From the NCBI GenBank assembly GCA_963823665.1, contig CAWGMQ010000004.1, positions 256,001-320,000 on the forward strand: DNA of 64,000 bases. The letters run 5' to 3'. Made by a program: the position numbers and the translations under genes. Positions 54,877 to 64,000 of this stretch are shown here, one piece after another; within the stretch, counting starts at the first letter, position 1; the number at the start of each line of letters is the position of its first letter. The stretch is from an uncultured Planctomycetota bacterium (GTDB lineage Bacteria > Planctomycetota > Planctomycetia > Isosphaerales > Isosphaeraceae). The notes beneath the pieces were generated by a model. It did not search any database. It worked only from the letters and a program-made list of their open reading frames with translations, and had not been told where the DNA came from.

Positions 54877-54911
54877 CCTCCGCCCTCCGCCCTCCGCCCT
54901 CCGCCCTCCGT
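54877..54911. repeat. Heptamer tandem repeat, about 5 copies of CCTCCGC
   Basis: Read directly from the sequence. Confidence 0.85.
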
Positions 54912-55376
54912 CCTCGGGAAGGCAAGGCCCGCGCCGCGCCGCCAGTCGACATCCCAACCCCGCAATCGCATCGATGATTGGTAACTCGACGAACAACCCG
55001 TGACTCGTTTCGAACATTCACTTCACGCCCGATCGACAGCGGCGGCCCGCGTTTTCAGTTCGCGGCCCCCCATTTTCTGCGCCACATGCGCCACAGCCTT
55101 GCGGCGATTGGGTTTACGTGTGGCGCAGGAAAAATCGGGCGCGCAGGAATCGAACGCAACTCCATGCTGGCCTTCTCGATAGGTGTGGCGCAGGAATAAT
55201 CGCTACTTGTATCACTTGCTCATCCCAAAATCAATTAATGAGCAAAAAATACTTACTCTGTGTTGAATCGTGCATGTTTCGTCCGGAAGAACCGAACGCA
55301 ACCGACTGATCGATCTCCGCTCGCCGTTAGCAATCGAGCAGCCTGAGGCGGTACAACGATCGACGATCGCCCAGCC

Positions 55377-55510
55377 TTCTTTCCAAGCCCCGAACAGGGG
55401 CGACATCGTAAAGCCTGGGGCGCGAGCCCGAGGACCAACGCGGCACAACAATGCACCGTCCCCCAACTTTCTTTCCAAGCCCCGAACAGGGGCGACATCG
55501 TAAAGCCTGG
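55377..55510. repeat. Two perfect 42-bp direct repeats (55377-55418 and 55469-55510), REP-like
   Basis: TTCTTTCCAAGCCCCGAACAGGGGCGACATCGTAAAGCCTGG with an internal GCCCC/GGGGC hairpin. Confidence 0.85.
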
Positions 55511-56324
55511 CCTGACCGACCACTTCGTTTTGTACATTCGTCGCGCGTCCTTACGCCACAAGGACTACGGGAACGCACGCGCTCGGTCGAAGTCGCGAGC
55601 CACCGGCCGAATTCGAAGCCGAAACCCCGCCCGCGAGCACGTCGCTTTGACCCAGAATCGCCACGGCGCGGCCCGCGTAGCGCTCCACCCCCCAAGTCCG
55701 GGTCGACCACAATCCGCAAGTGCAAACGCGAAGACAGCTTCGGCCGATCAAACAGCTTCTTTCCCCCGGCACGAAATGATATCTTTTGATAGCACAAATC
55801 GAAACTCCTCGCCTTCCTCCCAGTTCAGAGTCCGGGGCAGCGAACCCTGCTCTCGGCCGACGACACGGCAAAGCCGCCAGGGCGACCGAGTCGCCCTGCG
55901 CAACGGCCAAGTCTGCCTGGGTTTCGGTTTAGGTCTCAGGCTCTTTACCAATGGCACTATTTGGCACTTTCTGGCACTCCCTGCATGAATTTCACCGCCG
56001 TTCTCAGGATGAGTGGAGATCGACGAGGTGCTAGAAAAGCAAAGGGAGCCGCCCATCGCGCCAGCATCGCGCGTTCGCCGACTCTGCCCTATGTATATAT
56101 GCGATGGGTTTCAGCGATCGGCAAGAAAAGCGTCCAAAAAAAGTGCAATCACTCGATCGACCCGGCTGCAACGTCAGGAGCTACGGCTTTGCGCGATTTC
56201 TTTGTTAATTGTGAACACGCGGTCGAATCAAAACGCACACGCAGTCGTCCGATCGCTCATCGAGGGCATGCTGAAAGTCAAGGAAATCACCCCGGAGAAC
56301 GTGAAGCAGCTTGGGCGGCGCCAA

Positions 56325-56462
56325 TCAGCTCGCAACCCCCGACTCGAGGTAATAGATCATGTTCCAGACGCGGTCGATCTCTCGTCGCTCGATGACTTCG
56401 AGGGACTTGAGCCCACCGAAGGCATCGTTCGGCGTGTCGAGCCACTGAGCGTGGCGGGTGAT
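56325..56462 (-). pseudogene. C-terminal remnant of an Xre/MbcA/ParS-like antitoxin (DUF2384-like)
   Basis: QWLDTPNDAFGGLKSLEVIERREIDRVWNMIYYLESGVAS* with no start codon, immediately after the ECF stop. Confidence 0.6.
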
Positions 56463-56464
56463 CC

Positions 56465-57803
56465 CTACTCGGCCGGAGGTTGGGGGATCTTGGTGGGATC
56501 GCCGATCATGTAGGTGTCGATCTTCCAATCCTTGCCCTTTTCGAGGGTCAAGATGACCAGCTCGGACCAGGTCATGCCCCCGGCGGCCCGGAATTCGGCG
56601 TAGAACCAGGCCTGGTTGAATCGGTCGGCGGCGCCGGTCGCCCTCAGGTCGAGCCGCTTGAGCTTCCGGCCCTTGAGCTTGCCGGTGGCCGTGCGGACCT
56701 TGCCGACGTTCTCCGCCCAACCGGCCCGAGCGATCGCCTCGTGGGCGACCGCCGACATGGCGTCCCAGCTTTCTGCGTACTTGCCCTTGTCGAGCAGGTC
56801 GAGGTAGGCCTCGGCAACCTTCACGGTTCTCATCGAGCTTCGGCCCCTTCTCGGCCATCTTGGCCTTCTCCTTGGCCGGCTTCTCGGCCTTTGCATCCTG
56901 GCCCTTCGAGCCGATCTGGTAGGCCGCGACGGCCCCGACGCCCAGGGTCAGCATCCCAGCGAGGGCCAGGCCCCCGACGATCTTGAGCTTGGAGAGGATC
57001 ATGGTCTTCGACACTCCTTCCGCCAGGGAGGCGACTCCGGCCGAGACCATCCCGGCCGCCGTCGCCGCCGCCATGCCGCCCGCAAACGCGGTCGCGGCTT
57101 TCACCGTGGAACTCAGCAAGACGGGCGACACGGCGGCCGAGGCGCCTTCGGCGCTTAGCACCGCCGCGAAGACGCCCGAGGGGACCGCCACCCCTCGACG
57201 GGTGAGCCGCTCTCGGAGCTTCGCCCGGCCGGTCGACAAGCGACTGCGAACCGTGCCGACCGGGCATCGCAGACGACTCGCGGCCTCGTCGTGAGTCAAG
57301 CCGTCGAGGTAGCAGAGGACGATCGGTTCTCGGAACTTCTCCGGAAGGCGGCGGACCTCCTCATCAAGAGCGGCCCGCAGCTCTAGCCGGTCGAAACCCG
57401 ATTCGTCCGCCGATGTCTCCATCGCCAGTTCCTCCGCGCCTGGTCGCTCACGGGCGTTCCGTCTGGCGAGGTCCGCCCGAGCCCGGACGGCCACCCGATG
57501 AGCCACGCCGTGCAGCCAGGGGCCGAGCCGATCCGGGTCGCGAATCGACCCGGCACGCTTCGCCAGAACGAGAAACGTGGCCTGGAAGGCGTCTTCCGAC
57601 GAGTGCCGGTTGCCCAGGACTCGCCGGCAGACGCCCAGGACCATCGGTCCATGCCTGGCCACGAGCACCTCGAGCGCCACCGGGTCGCGACCGACGGCGA
57701 ACCGTCGGAGCAGCTCACCCTCGTCCATCCCCGAGGCCGACCCTTCGCCGAACAGGCGAGCGATCAGTCCCCCTACATCCTCGATCCCCGTCCCGGTCGC
57801 CAT
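56465..57803 (-). CDS. Membrane-anchored ECF sigma factor with a C-terminal DUF4019-like domain (frameshift near 56830)
   Basis: HGPMVLGVCRRVLG...EDAFQATFLVL; LPEKFREPIVLCYLDG; TM; AEAYLDLLDKGKYAESWD...WKIDTY. Confidence 0.85.
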
Positions 57804-58200
57804 AAGGTCGCCCTCCCCTTCGCCGCCACTCGCAAAGGTTCGTCAGCGTCTATTCTGCACCGGGGGAGGCGATCAATCGATCTTTCTTTGCAATTCCCGC
57901 AAAACCACGGGAACAGGCCCAAGCTCGCTTACGGCCGCTTGGAGACGACGTCCCTTCTTTCATCACGAAGGCAACCCGGGCGGTCGCGGTGATGTCGACG
58001 GTTGAGTCTCCGGGCAGGGCGACGAGGTCGGCGAGCTTCAAAACCAGCCAAGGCGCCCCTCCGCGCGGAAGGCGCCCCGAGGGAAGGCAAACACCCACTC
58101 ATCGAAGTAAGGAAGGCATCGCCGGCGTCGCCAATGAGCTGACGGTGATCAAGTCTATGGTCGCCGAGACCGCGAATCACATCCGCTCTACAACCTCGCT

Positions 58201-59806
58201 TCAACCCGCCGGCGGGCTGCTCACAAAGTTCTCTGCTTCGTCCGTGCTCCCGCTGCCTTTGTACTTGGTCACCTGCGGATACGGGAACAACGGACGGGTC
58301 CGGGTCACTTTGCCGCTTTGGTCCCGGTGCTCCCCCTTGAGCTTTTCCGGGGGCGTGCCTTCCTCGACCCAGCGTATGATCGCCGCCATCTGGCCGACCG
58401 GCGTGACGCCAGGGCCACGGAACCCGTGATCGACACCCGGCGCCAGAAACAACCGAGCAAACCGCTCGACCTCCTCCCTGCCACCCATCCGCTGTAAAAT
58501 GCGCTGATAATAATCACTTGTTCCGTCGGCCGGGATGAGTTGGTCGGCCAGGCCGTGCATGATGATGATCTTGCCTCCTCGGTCGCGATATTGCGTCAAG
58601 TCCGGGTCATCGGTCCCGATGACGGCTCCGAATTCCTCAACCGATTGCTTCCACAGAAGCTCGAATCCCGACGGCGTGAGCGTGGTGTAGTCCCATTTCG
58701 GGTCTTGGTGCAGGAAGTATTGGCACCATTCCAGTGGTATGGAGAAGGGCTTTCCCAGGAGCGGCGAGCCACCGGTCCCGGCGAGGGCGGAAAGGTCCGC
58801 GCCGCGCGCCGGGCCATACCACAGGAAACGCCCATCGTGACCCCGGGGGCCTTCCCATATCTTCCGGACCACATCCGCGTCGGCTTCGGTGAACGGGCTG
58901 TCGCCGACCTTGGTGCCCACCAGCTCCTTCGGATCGTAGGTCGAGCGCGACGGGTCATCAATCACGCCGTCGGCGACGCCGTCCGTGGCGTCAGATGACG
59001 CCACGGCTGCGGCGGTTGCCGCATCGAGCTTGGCTTTCGGCAGGAAATTCCCGCCGGCAACCATGACCACTTGCGGCCAGAGATCCGCGGGGAGCAAGCG
59101 ATGCCAGTTGATGGCCGGACAAAGGGAGATGATGCCGTCGTAGTCCTCCGGGTAGCGCTGCGCTTCCATCAATCCCTGGCGACCGCCCGTCGAGCCGCCC
59201 ACGAAATAGGAATACCGTGGGGCTTTTCCGTAGAACGCCTTCGAGAGCGCCTTACCCACCACCGTCATCTCGTGGATGCCGAGGTACGCATTGTCCTGGA
59301 CGGCGTGCCAGTCCAACCGCCCGTCCGCGCCCAGAGCAAATTTGCCGCTACCCCCTTCGTGGCCAGTGTCGGTGGCGCCTGTCGCGTATCCCGAGCGTAC
59401 CGGCCCGCTCAAAGCGGCGGGATGCCCGCCCAGAAAGCCCCCTCCACCAGTGCCTTGGAATCTCCCATTCCAGCCCTTCGTGGGCAGGGCAACGAACACC
59501 TTGACCCGACACCCCGTCGGGGGATGCGTCACGGTCGCTCTGACGCGGCACGACCCGTCGTCGGCGTTGAGCCTCGACCGAATCGATCGTCGTGTTCGGG
59601 AGGGAGACCTTGCTCAGGCTCTCCTGCGGGATCACCGGCGCGTTGTCCGCGAAAATCGGCTTGGGCGGAGCCTCGCCGACCTGGGCATGAGCGACGGCGG
59701 CCGAGAGTGCGACCAGAGCGGCGAGCATTCCAATGCGATGTCGCGCGAGGCCGAACGTCGAAGACAGGGCCACTGCAACCGCTCGAGTTACGTTCGATGG
59801 GATCAT
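58201..59806 (-). CDS. Tannase/feruloyl esterase family alpha/beta hydrolase, exported (frameshift near 59570)
   Basis: WNGRFQGTGGGG, TDTGH, GGSTGGRQG, YDGI, HGLADQLI, FLAPGVDH, WVEEG, RTRPLFPYP. Confidence 0.88.
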
Positions 59807-60469
59807 CTTGGCTGTACCTCATGAAGCACTCGACCGTCGACTATCGCGGGGCAAACTGGCTGTGCGCCTCGCAGCGCACCGGGCGACGTGCGGACTACGG
59901 AGTCGGACGATGCCCAAGTCGTCAAGCTACATCGCGGGCTGGTGCACGACAAGTCTATCTAGCCCTTCGCGAACAATGACGGATTCTTGGACGCCGCCGA
60001 AAAACCGATCGGAAAGGCACGGAGGGTCATGGATGATCACTGATCAGAACCCGATCGCCGCCGCCATCGTCCATGGCCCCAACGGGACCGGGGCCCCGGA
60101 CAAGAGCCACAGGCTTTCAGCCCTTGGCACCTTAAACCAATTCGCCATCCGCCTCGCCGTCCACCACCTCGCCAACCTCAATGGATGCCCGGCCCGGCGA
60201 ACAACGAATGGCGTGCGCCCTCCGCACTACCCAGCACCCATCACCGTTCAAGCGTGAACCACGACGCGTGTCCTCACCCAGTTTCGATCAGCTTGCGCCT
60301 TTTCCGCTTTGCGCTTCGCGCCATTGCGTGCGCCCCTCTTCACCTTGCCCCCACATCTCAACCCCGCCCCAATCGCCTTCCGCTCCAACCCCATTCCCAT
60401 CCAACCACGTGCACTTCGCAATCTCGTCCTTCGCGCCTTCGCGTGAGCGACTCTAAACCAGATGAAATG

Positions 60470-61981
60470 TCAGTCAGGAACGATCGGTCCGAATGCGGGA
60501 ACGGCCATGTCATCGTCGTCCACGATGTTTACGTAAGGCGCTGGCCCCGCGCCGTAATACAGAGCCGTATCCCGGCCGGGGATCGCCGTCGTCCACAACA
60601 CAACTGTCGCCGCCCTCTTGGGGTCGAACTCCGCTTTGTAGATCCAATCCAATGTCTCCCCCGTGGCCTTCTTGAACGTAAACCCAGTTGGTCGACCCGG
60701 CGCCTGCAGCTTTCCGCTCACCCCGCTGAACTCCACCACGATGCGTGGCTTCGGCGATCCGACACGAGTCGCCGCTTTGAGTCGGATCTCGCGACGTTGA
60801 GGCACGCCCTTCTTCGTGTACGAGAGCGCCATGCGGACCATCCGTCCGCCTATACGTGCCAGTGAGTTGTAGTCCAGGTGTAGACCGTCCATCACATCCA
60901 GGTCGATCGACGGGACGCAATGGGTGTGAAGAAGGGTCTCCGGCAATCGTCTTTGCGCCTCCCGAATCGCCTCCCACGCCCAGGCGCGATTGTCCGGCCC
61001 GTTATGATGCCGGCAGATCTGCGCGAAAATTACGGGCATGGTCGGATCGCGGAAGTCCGTGCGGAGTGCCTCGACAAACCTGGTGAACTGCTCGCCGTAG
61101 GTCGACACCGGCCCGATCAGGGACGGCGTCGTGACGGTCCGATCCTTGTCGCCGAAAATCGCATCTTGTTCTCCCTGGAAGAACAGCACCCCCTTCACCC
61201 GCCCCCCGGCGCTCATCACATGGTGGTGGAGGAATCCATAGCGATTGCCGTCTCGACCTTTAGGGTCCCAGATGGCCAGGGCCCCGCCCGTCGCGCACGG
61301 GATCAAACCGATTGGTACACCACTCAGAGCGTGCAGCTTACGCGCGAAGAAGTACGAGCAGTCGATCCCGCCAACAGGGATCTTGCTCGCGACGATCGAC
61401 CGGACCTTTGCCTCGGAATACTCCGGGTGTTGCCCCTTGATGACAAACGGCGCCAGCGACTCGGGAATGCGGTGAATAGGCGGCACGCCGGCACACCAGT
61501 GCGCGTCCCGCTCGACATGCAGGATATTGAGCATGTTCAGATACGGCAACTCGGGCAACGGTTCCTTGATCACGTCTATCCCAAACATGTTTGACTGTCC
61601 GCCCAGGACCCAGATGTCGCCGACAAGGATCCTGCGAAACTGCACGAGCGGTCTTGCGAGATTATCTTTCGCCATGACCGTGATCGTATACGGACCGCCC
61701 GTTTCAAGTCCTTCGACGACGACCCCAGGCCCCATGTTGCCTACGCTGATCGGGCTTGAATCGATTCGTCGAAGTAGATGCCCGCTTCCATCCTCGACCG
61801 TGACAACGATCTCGGCTACTCGATCGGTACCTTTGGCGAGAAGTACCAGACAAGAGGCCCGATCGATCGCATCGCGCTGCAGGACCTGATAATCCTCCTT
61901 GAGCACGACGCGGTCGACGGCGGCCGAAGGGTGGCATACGGCCACGGCGTGTCCGACGAACGCGACAAGGATGACGATCAT
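60470..61981 (-). CDS. Exported sialate O-acetylesterase/SASA family (SGNH) esterase
   Basis: VGDIWVLGGQSNM, VPIGLIPCATGG, GVLFFQGEQD, DGLHL. Confidence 0.88.
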   Translation of the reverse strand: MIVILVAFVGHAVAVCHPSAAVDRVVLKEDYQVLQRDAIDRASCLVLLAKGTDRVAEIVVTVEDGSGHLLRRIDSSPISVGNMGPGVVVEGLETGGPYTITVMAKDNLARPLVQFRRILVGDIWVLGGQSNMFGIDVIKEPLPELPYLNMLNILHVERDAHWCAGVPPIHRIPESLAPFVIKGQHPEYSEAKVRSIVASKIPVGGIDCSYFFARKLHALSGVPIGLIPCATGGALAIWDPKGRDGNRYGFLHHHVMSAGGRVKGVLFFQGEQDAIFGDKDRTVTTPSLIGPVSTYGEQFTRFVEALRTDFRDPTMPVIFAQICRHHNGPDNRAWAWEAIREAQRRLPETLLHTHCVPSIDLDVMDGLHLDYNSLARIGGRMVRMALSYTKKGVPQRREIRLKAATRVGSPKPRIVVEFSGVSGKLQAPGRPTGFTFKKATGETLDWIYKAEFDPKRAATVVLWTTAIPGRDTALYYGAGPAPYVNIVDDDDMAVPAFGPIVPD

Positions 61982-62332
61982 CGCTCGATTCCTTCCTGAC
62001 GGAGCCTGGAGAGTCGGTAGAAGTAGCGGACACAATCGACAAGAAAACTCTGATACATGGGGTAGCGGAAGGTTCCATACACTGGATTATACACCCGGGG
62101 GCGGACGGCCAGACAACGCGAGGCGCAAGGCGTGGCTGGCATGAGTCAGGACGTGCGGAAGGATCTCGAATCGGTGGTCAACCGGCACCTGCTTACGCAG
62201 TCCGAGTTCTCTTGACAAGCCCGACGAAGTCAAGACATGGCATGCAGCACGGGCGACGTATCCCGCTTTCCCGTCGCCGCAGCGCGTGAAAAAAGGCGCA
62301 GCGAGCTGTATGATCCGAGTAGGAGGTGAGAG

Positions 62333-62633
62333 ATGCCGATTCACGATTGGACCCGAGCCGAAGCGGGTGACTTTCACCACTTCCATCAGCGATGGATCAG
62401 CGCCCTGACTGATGCCCTGAACAGTGGCGGGCTGCCTCCCGGATTCATGGCCCTGGCCGAGCAAGTCACCGGCCGCCCCATTCCTGTCAGTCGGGGTTGG
62501 CGACCGTCTTCCGGCAATCCCGCTGTTCCTGACCGAGTACGACCAAGTGTCCTGCCCGCTCAATGCGACCTATGATCAAGCGTGGGCGGTGTTCCCCGCC
62601 ATGCTCAAGGAGATTCTCGAACCACCCGGCTGA
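62333..62633 (+). pseudogene. Internally deleted DUF4058-family gene
   Basis: Strong AGGAGG RBS; N-terminus MPIHDWTR...FHHFHQRW...ALAEQ joined out of frame near 62485 to the C-terminus VGDRLPAIPLFL...LNATYDQAW. Confidence 0.75.
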
Positions 62634-62714
62634 CGGACTCGAGTTGTGAATCGGAAAGCAATTTCGGAGCGACAAGACGGCCCACAAGCTGCTGGTCACT
62701 GCGTCACTCCTCGA

Positions 62715-63308
62715 TTACACATCGGCCTTGTCGTCCCAGTAACGGGCATTGTTCGCGTACCCGCGCAGCTGGAAGGCTCGCGGGACCTCGGTACCCACAG
62801 CGGGGAACGTCCGCCTCGTCCGGTCGTAACCCGTGATCCCGGCCAAGGACAGCAGGCGATCAAAGTCCTTCTCGTCCCGCGATCCGAACCAGCGCACCGC
62901 AGCATGCAGTTCGGCTGTGAAGTCCTGCTCCACCATTGTCGCGATATCCCAGAGCTCCTCCAGGTCCGCCTTGATGTAGCGGGACTTCAGGCGATCGACG
63001 ACCCTGGCGAACTGGTCGAAGGTACCCTGGAACTCGGGGAAGTACTCCGCCAGGAGGGCGCGGTTACTGCGCAGCAACTCCCTCGCCTCGGCGAGTTCGG
63101 CCACGAGCGAGGGCACTTCGTGAGCATCCCCCTCGTCGTCTTTGAGCTCGAACGTCGTGAAATGCCGATCGTCGAACAAGGCCAACCAGAAGACGGGCAC
63201 GGACATCGGACCGTCAGCCACCAGGTCACGACCTTTGGGCTTGCGGCCGATGTTGCAGCCGGCCGGGCCGGGGATGTCATTGGCAATCAGCGTCGACATG
63301 TTCGACAT
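62715..63308 (-). CDS. Hypothetical cytoplasmic protein (about 197 aa)
   Basis: GGAG RBS before ATG 63308; clean codon usage; no recognised motif. Confidence 0.65.
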   Translation of the reverse strand: MSNMSTLIANDIPGPAGCNIGRKPKGRDLVADGPMSVPVFWLALFDDRHFTTFELKDDEGDAHEVPSLVAELAEARELLRSNRALLAEYFPEFQGTFDQFARVVDRLKSRYIKADLEELWDIATMVEQDFTAELHAAVRWFGSRDEKDFDRLLSLAGITGYDRTRRTFPAVGTEVPRAFQLRGYANNARYWDDKADV

Positions 63309-63473
63309 CGGATGTGCTCCAGGACTGACGACCTCCGCACGATCCCGTCGTCGTGCCGATACTTGTCCATCCACGTCCATGGGGTCAGACCTTCAAGCGA
63401 GAACAGCATGACCTGGAATAAGTGCGGATCGCCATGCCAGTCGAAACCGGAGGGGCAGGGACAGTGGCACCCC

Positions 63474-64000
63474 TTATTCGGCGTCGGGTTCCGGCATCAC
63501 GCCCGTCTCGACGGCCAAACGCAATTCTTCAGGGCAGGCGTTCCAGGTCGCCTCGTACGTCGATTCCAGCGGAACCGGCACGTGCCAGTCATTCGCCCGA
63601 AACAGTGGCATATCCAGAAGGATGTCGCCCACGCCGACCGCCTCGACGTAGCAAGCCTGCACGCCGCCAGTTTCATATGAGGCGAGAATTCGGTCCTTTC
63701 CCGCGGGCAATGCGAACTCCTCCTCCTCAATTTCGTCCCAGATGCCCTTGTGTATTCCGAGTGGGTCGCGCGGCGTCGGCGGAAAGAGGTCAATCGCGAG
63801 GACATGAACTCCGGGCGCAGGAATGCGATGGTCTTGTCGACGAAGTCGCGCAAGGCGGCGCGGCTATCCTTGTTCCCCGGCGAGACGATCTCGATCACTG
63901 CAATGGTTCGGCCCAAATGGTGCTTCAGCACGACAAGGTTAGCGCGCGTGGCATAGATTTGCTTCGTGGTGCGGCTCACGAAACGGGTGACCGGCGGCGT
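63474..64000 (-). CDS. DUF4058-family protein (5' end beyond the window; frameshift near 63810)
   Basis: IAVIEIVSPGNK, IDLFPPTPRDP...IHKGIWD, LASYE...YVEAVGVGD...MPLF...VPLESTYEATW. Confidence 0.8.

Noticed and set aside
55377..55510. Two 42-bp repeats with a 50-bp gap as a mini-CRISPR
   Set aside because: Only two units, no cas genes or leader context, and the gap itself begins with REP-like hairpin sequence
55952..55986. Sigma54 promoter (TGGCAC...TGC)
   Set aside because: GG-to-GC spacing is 8-9 nt, not the required 10
58105..58195. Peptide GIAGVANELTVIKSMVAETANH resembling a DUF1501 fragment
   Set aside because: Too short, with no start or context; cannot be supported without an HMM search
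59810..60460. ORFs 59733..60257 and 60181..60456
   Set aside because: No motif support; the region contains low-complexity CTTCGCGCC-type repeats and looks intergenic or remnant

Overview
High-GC bacterial window, very probably from a planctomycete (Isosphaeraceae-like by inference). The evidence is DUF1559 prepilin-like genes, LEPRxLL-type exported proteins, a TIGR02999 sigma, ECF sigmas with C-terminal extensions and DUF4058 genes. Many genes are split by single-base frameshifts, probably consensus errors. 1-23.4 kb is mostly housekeeping: a HK/RR/GGDEF-EAL operon, an aminotransferase, apt, a foldase, ggt, HU, a pcm/GH5-like/epimerase cluster, vapBC, an HpnI-like glycosyltransferase and an amino-acid ABC transporter. 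It also holds an ISKra4-like IS inserted between GTAG REP hairpins. 23.5-46.4 kb is an accessory island that starts at a truncated IS1202-like end. It encodes three Ser/Thr kinases with one shared N-terminal helical module but different sensor tails (LRR, WD40, nSTAND-FGE), two DUF1559 genes, a lipoprotein, two exported LEPRxLL-type proteins and one TIGR02999 ECF sigma. The most interesting signal is a fixed-spacing motif, G[AT]GGGGTT-N12-GTCGC[AG]TTGA, found four times on the minus strand upstream of island genes. Two copies lie within a 137-bp direct repeat that also carries a decayed copy of the sigma gene's 3' end and abuts REP-like hairpin arrays, which suggests a mobile promoter cassette building an ECF/STK regulon. 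46.5-64 kb holds three membrane-anchored ECF sigmas, DUF423, folC, a repeat-rich 2-kb intergenic mosaic, two esterases and DUF4058 genes. Several gene remnants (Uma2, DUF4058, MbcA-like antitoxin) are present. No rRNA, tRNA or CRISPR array was recognised.
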